Assembly (NCBI GenBank): GCA_977017645.1
Contig: OZ360238.1
Span: 54,932,001 to 54,996,000 of the forward strand
Direction of reading: 5' to 3'
Source: Torpedo marmorata
Taxonomy: Eukaryota
Length of the DNA stretch: 64,000 nt
Below are positions 62,850 through 64,000 of this stretch, piece by piece. Position 1 is the stretch's first letter; every line of letters starts with the position of its first letter. Position numbers and translations under genes: made by a program. The notes beneath the pieces are model-generated. The model saw nothing but the letters and a program-made list of their open reading frames with translations. It did no database searches and had not been told where the DNA came from.

Positions 62850-63360
62850 CATGTTATAACAGCATTTCTCATTATTGCTAGATTTGATCTTATTTCTTTT
62901 GAATTCCTGGAAACAACTTGATACTCACCTTCCAAAGGTTCAGGGCACTGGAAGCACTATTATGTTCAGACTGCTGAAAGCCATCAAACAAAACATTGGG
63001 CCATATACTGTAAATAAGGGAAGCTATGACACTACATATATTAATAAGCAAACCCAATGTATTTTATACAATTAAAACAAAACTTTAAATACCATAAATT
63101 GTTTCATAAGTGCTATTAAGAGTTCAGAAAATAGTAAACTATTACACCATTAAATAAATTGAGCATAAAAGTACCTCATTTGCTTCGACCATCTATGAAT
63201 GAATTCATGAGAGAAAGAATGGTCTGTATCTACGCTCTGTGCTCAATCTCGGCCTGGTCTTACCTCACAGGTTTAGAGCTTCCTGTCTTGAGTCTTGATA
63301 CTACCGGAACATCATTCCCGGTTTTCCTGGGCCCCAGACCAGGGATTCTCTTCTGAAACC

Positions 63361-64000
63361 TTTATTTTTTATTTTTTATTATTTTATTTAAACTTTTAAA
63401 TCACAAAATACACAAAATAAAATATAAAATTATCAAAATACATGTGATATATTTTCACCCCCCCCACCCTCCCTCCCCTCCCCAACCCACCCATCCCCAC
63501 TAATCTAGTAAAATTAAAATAAAAGTAAAAATAGAAAAAAGAAAGAAAGAGAAAGATAGAATAGGGGGAATACCATCTATAAACTAATTCTATTATGGAG
63601 GTCAATTATGCCAGTAGATCCGATATCCAGAGATCTTCAAATCCTTAAACCCACTGCTCTCATATATGGGCTCCAAATTTTCAAGAAAAAATGATATTTA
63701 TTACGTAAATTATGTGATTTTTTCCAGTGGTATACACGAACGAAGCTCTGCATGCCATCTTTCTAATCCTAAATCTAAGTCAGATTTCCAAGTAATAGCA
63801 ATGCATTTTTTTGAAACAGCTAAAGCAATTCGTAAAAATTCTACTTGAAACATATTTAATTTCTTCTTAATACTAAATTTTCTAATATCTCCAAACAAAA
63901 ATATCATAGGATCCATTGGGAATGTAATTTTAAATACTTTATCTAAAATTTTTTTAACTTTCAACCAAAAATCTTGAATCTTTGGACAAAACCATGTAGA
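63361..64000 (-). mobile_element. L1 3' end (ORF2 C-terminus plus UTR), continues beyond the window
   Basis: ALAVSKKCIAITWKSD..CIPLEKIT; T-rich tail. Confidence 0.88.

Overview
This is a vertebrate genomic window with no confidently recognisable host protein-coding gene. It is probably from a cartilaginous fish (shark or ray), inferred from HE1/V-SINE-type SINEs together with CR1, Rex1/Babar, L1, Tx1 and Penelope families. Nearly all long ORFs are transposon-derived or are repeat artefacts. Main structures: (1) a Gypsy LTR element lacking RT-RNaseH, with PPT and 3' LTR; (2) a 26-bp minisatellite; (3) a head-to-head Penelope palindrome with hammerhead-ribozyme motifs; (4) a full-length L1 (14-bp TSD) with a young CR1 between its ORFs; (5) a 268-bp inverted repeat with no TSD; (6) three solo LTRs of one family, each with its own 4-bp TSD; (7) an L1 interrupted by a pogo-type MITE and by an unexplained 565-bp insert (8-bp TSD) that resembles a bidirectional promoter; (8) a two-gene PIF/Harbinger transposon (TIRs, ATT TSD, spliced transposase, convergent Myb/SANT gene) hosting a nested LTR>Rex1 stack and a Penelope whose catalytic YIDD codons are precisely inverted. 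No CRISPR array or prokaryotic system is present. All calls are by eye; boundaries without a TSD or TIR are approximate.
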